This document shows positions 61,622-64,000 of a stretch of 64,000 nucleotides of DNA, piece after piece. Each line of letters begins with the position of its first letter. Within the stretch, counting starts at the first letter, position 1. Under the pieces are notes generated by a model that was given only the letters and a program-made list of their open reading frames with translations, did no database searches and had not been told where the DNA came from. Origin of the DNA: an uncultured bacterium (GTDB lineage Bacteria > B130-G9); NCBI GenBank assembly GCA_965372715.1, contig CBDVDH010000013.1, positions 1 through 64,000 on the forward strand. The letters are read 5' to 3'. A program made the translations under genes and the position numbers.

Positions 61622-61979
61622 CTCGCCGGTTACAACGCCTTGCCAGGACAATATAACATAACTCAACGCGCCCAGTTGTGAAAACCCGCTATTCCCATTG
61701 TCGCAGGAGCGCCGTCTCAAGAGGTCGGCGCACAGTCGCGATTTGTGCTGTAGGTGCGGTGTTTGCCCCGCCCGTTCTATACGTTAATAGATACGAGCCG
61801 GCGCGGCGTCAAGCCGCGGCCAGCCAAAGCGGCGTCAAGCCGCCGCACTCCAAAGCGCCCAACGGGTGCAAGGCGCATCGCTACTGTATTCGACAAGATC
61901 AGCCTCGCGAATGGCTCAGGCGAGCTCAGGACACGATGTCAGGGGCCCTCAATCTGATTTTTGGGCGGTTTTTGGGTGC

Positions 61980-62008
61980 TTGACAAGCGCTATGTGTGGA
62001 ACTACATT
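61980..62008 (+). promoter_or_regulatory. sigma70-type promoter
   Basis: TTGACA-17 nt-TACATT upstream of the LysM gene. Confidence 0.65.
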
Positions 62009-62087
62009 GGTCAGTTGAGGTTCTTTGTAGGGAGTTCCAAAGAAGTAACAGTTATCTGCTGTCTGGTTCAGTAGGGAGGAAATTGCG

Positions 62088-62918
62088 ATGAAAGTGGCGC
62101 GTCAGTGTGCATTGATTCTCTTCGTTGTGGCGCTTGTTGGCTTGCAGGCTGCTTGCACTATGTTCTACAAGCGTCCTGACATGGAGTTGGAGGCGGCTTC
62201 GGCGAGCATCTCCGATTCCAAGCAGGCGTGTGGCGACATTTACGCCACGGACACATTCCAGGAGGCGCAGCGCAAGCTCGATGAGGCGCGTGTGGCCGCG
62301 GACAACAAGGAGAAGGGCGCGAAGGATTTGGCGCTCGAGGCCAAGTCGCTTGCCGAGGAATCGAAGACAGACGCGAGCAAGCGTGGCGCCGACGCTCGCG
62401 CTGTTGCGGAGAAGAATCTATCAGCTACTGGTGATTTGCTGTCCGAAGTTGAGGGAGTGCTCAGCGACTTGGGCGAGGACGAGGGCACGGCGCCGTTTTT
62501 GAGTAGGCTAGCCTCATTGCGTGAATTGCGGTCGAAAGTTGAGTCCCAGCTAGGAGGCTCGGGTTGTGATCTTCTGCTTGCAGAGGCGGGGAGCAAGACG
62601 CTTTTGGCGGACGCAAAGGAGCTGGCGGCGGACATAGAGAACTACTCAACGTCGGCCGCGGCGGTCGAGGCGTCAGTTCTGCACTCGGTCGTGAAGGGCG
62701 AGTGCTTGTGGCGTATAGCGGGCTACCCGACGGCCTATTCGGACTCTTTCCTTTGGCCGTTGATTTACAGCGCGAACAGGGATCAGATCAAGGACCCTGA
62801 CCTGATCTTCCCGGGACAGGTTTTCGAGATTGTGATGGACGCGACGGACGCGGACCTGGATCAGGCCAGATATAAGGCGCGTACTCGCGGGGCGTGGAGC
62901 CTTTACGACGGGAGGTAG
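62088..62918 (+). CDS. LysM peptidoglycan-binding lipoprotein
   Basis: lipobox QAAC; VVKGECLW.IA...W..IY.ANRDQIKDPDLIFPGQ. Confidence 0.9.
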   Translation: MKVARQCALILFVVALVGLQAACTMFYKRPDMELEAASASISDSKQACGDIYATDTFQEAQRKLDEARVAADNKEKGAKDLALEAKSLAEESKTDASKRGADARAVAEKNLSATGDLLSEVEGVLSDLGEDEGTAPFLSRLASLRELRSKVESQLGGSGCDLLLAEAGSKTLLADAKELAADIENYSTSAAAVEASVLHSVVKGECLWRIAGYPTAYSDSFLWPLIYSANRDQIKDPDLIFPGQVFEIVMDATDADLDQARYKARTRGAWSLYDGR

Positions 62919-62992
62919 TGTCCGAGGGGGCTGCGGCTTCTGTATTTCGGCGTCTGCGTTGTGCAGCGTAAGCCGCAGGTTTTCTCTTTGAG

Positions 62993-64000
62993 ATGGAAAG
63001 AGTCGTAGATTTTGCGGAAGATGAGAGCCTGAAAAGGCTTCTCGGTTCTTGCGATTCGGGTTCCAAACTTATTGAGGACGAGTTTGGTGTCGTCCTTATC
63101 TCTCGGGGCAGCAAGGTCAAGGTGCGCGGCGAGGACAGCAAGGTTCTTCTGGCCGAGGATTTCCTGCGGAAGATGGCTCCCCTCTTGGATAGGCACCCGC
63201 AGGCCGATGATTCGCTCGTTAGCGATGCGGTCTATGCGTATCTGAACGACAGTGATATCGATTTGCCTGGGCTGTTTCTTGACAAGATAAGGGTTCCCTC
63301 CCGGGCCGCGGACATATATCCCAAGACGCGGAACCAAAAGCGCTACGTTCGGCTGATGCGGACTTGCGACATAGTCTTCTCGATCGGCCCCGCCGGAACT
63401 GGGAAGACCTACCTCGCGATGGCGATTGCGGTGTCGGTCTTCTTCGCGAAGCAGGTCAAACGAATTGTTTTGACCAGGCCGGCGATTGAGGCGGGTGAGC
63501 GGCTTGGGTTCTTGCCCGGCGATTTCAAAGAGAAGATCATGCCTTATCTGAGGCCGCTCTACGACGCCCTTTATGACATGATTCCGATGAGCAAGGCGAG
63601 TTACTTGATCGAAAACGGCGCGATTGAGATTGCGCCTCTTGCGTATATGCGGGGTCGAACGCTTAATGACAGCGTCGCGATCTTGGATGAGGCGCAGAAT
63701 ACGACCCCGGAGCAGATGAAGATGTTCCTCACACGCCTGGGCAAGGGTTCGAGAGCGGTGATTACTGGGGACATCACTCAGATAGACCTCCCTGCCGGGC
63801 AGGTTTCCGGGCTTGTGCAGGTCCAATCAGTACTTTCCGCAATACGAGGGATAGAGTTTCAGTATTTCTCGTCCGCCGATGTTGTGCGGCACAACCTGGT
63901 TCAAAAGATAATCGATGCTTACGAGGTACACAGCAGGCCGGCGGAGTCGTTGCCGAAGTCGTTGGCTCAAACCTCTTTCAGCGGGGAAGAGAGTGAGAGC
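62993..64000 (+). CDS. phoH: PhoH family ATPase (open at the window end; absent from ORF track)
   Basis: manual translation IGPAGTGKTYLA, RPAIEAGERLGFLPG, LAYMRGRTL, DEAQNTT, TGDITQIDL. Confidence 0.95.
   Translation, partial: MERVVDFAEDESLKRLLGSCDSGSKLIEDEFGVVLISRGSKVKVRGEDSKVLLAEDFLRKMAPLLDRHPQADDSLVSDAVYAYLNDSDIDLPGLFLDKIRVPSRAADIYPKTRNQKRYVRLMRTCDIVFSIGPAGTGKTYLAMAIAVSVFFAKQVKRIVLTRPAIEAGERLGFLPGDFKEKIMPYLRPLYDALYDMIPMSKASYLIENGAIEIAPLAYMRGRTLNDSVAILDEAQNTTPEQMKMFLTRLGKGSRAVITGDITQIDLPAGQVSGLVQVQSVLSAIRGIEFQYFSSADVVRHNLVQKIIDAYEVHSRPAESLPKSLAQTSFSGEESES

Noticed and set aside
62903-63826. 307-aa minus-strand ORF
   Set aside because: Antisense shadow of phoH.

Overview
A GC-rich bacterial chromosomal window, probably from an anaerobe of an uncultured lineage (inference). 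It is mostly housekeeping and envelope genes: mtnP, rpsT, a PPIase, an ABC exporter, selA, a CCA-adding enzyme, an acyl-CoA ligase, aroQ, ispE, two B12-binding radical SAM enzymes, ftcD, wtpA, hisS, hutH and phoH. It also has three tRNAs (Thr-CGT, Ile2-CAT, His-GTG) and several large secreted proteins. Two accessory patches stand out. At 21.4-27.7 kb a Type IIG restriction-modification gene is followed by toxin-antitoxin cassettes separated by four degenerate copies of that gene's own 3' end. At 48-54.5 kb there is a four-helix-bundle gene inside a promoter duplication, a TAG-interrupted endonuclease with its methyltransferase, HicB genes and a nucleotidyltransferase pair. Top observations: (1) a SpoIVB/S55 peptidase gene with one in-frame TGA followed by a bacterial SECIS-like hairpin, in a genome carrying selA (candidate new selenoprotein); (2) a tRNA-His lacking G-1 (G1:U72, A73) directly upstream of an alphaproteobacterial-type HisRS; (3) the integrase-free cassette array anchored on R-M 3'-end copies; (4) heptamer microsatellites that repeatedly mark insertion or truncation junctions. 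Family calls come from motif recognition by eye; no database search was run.
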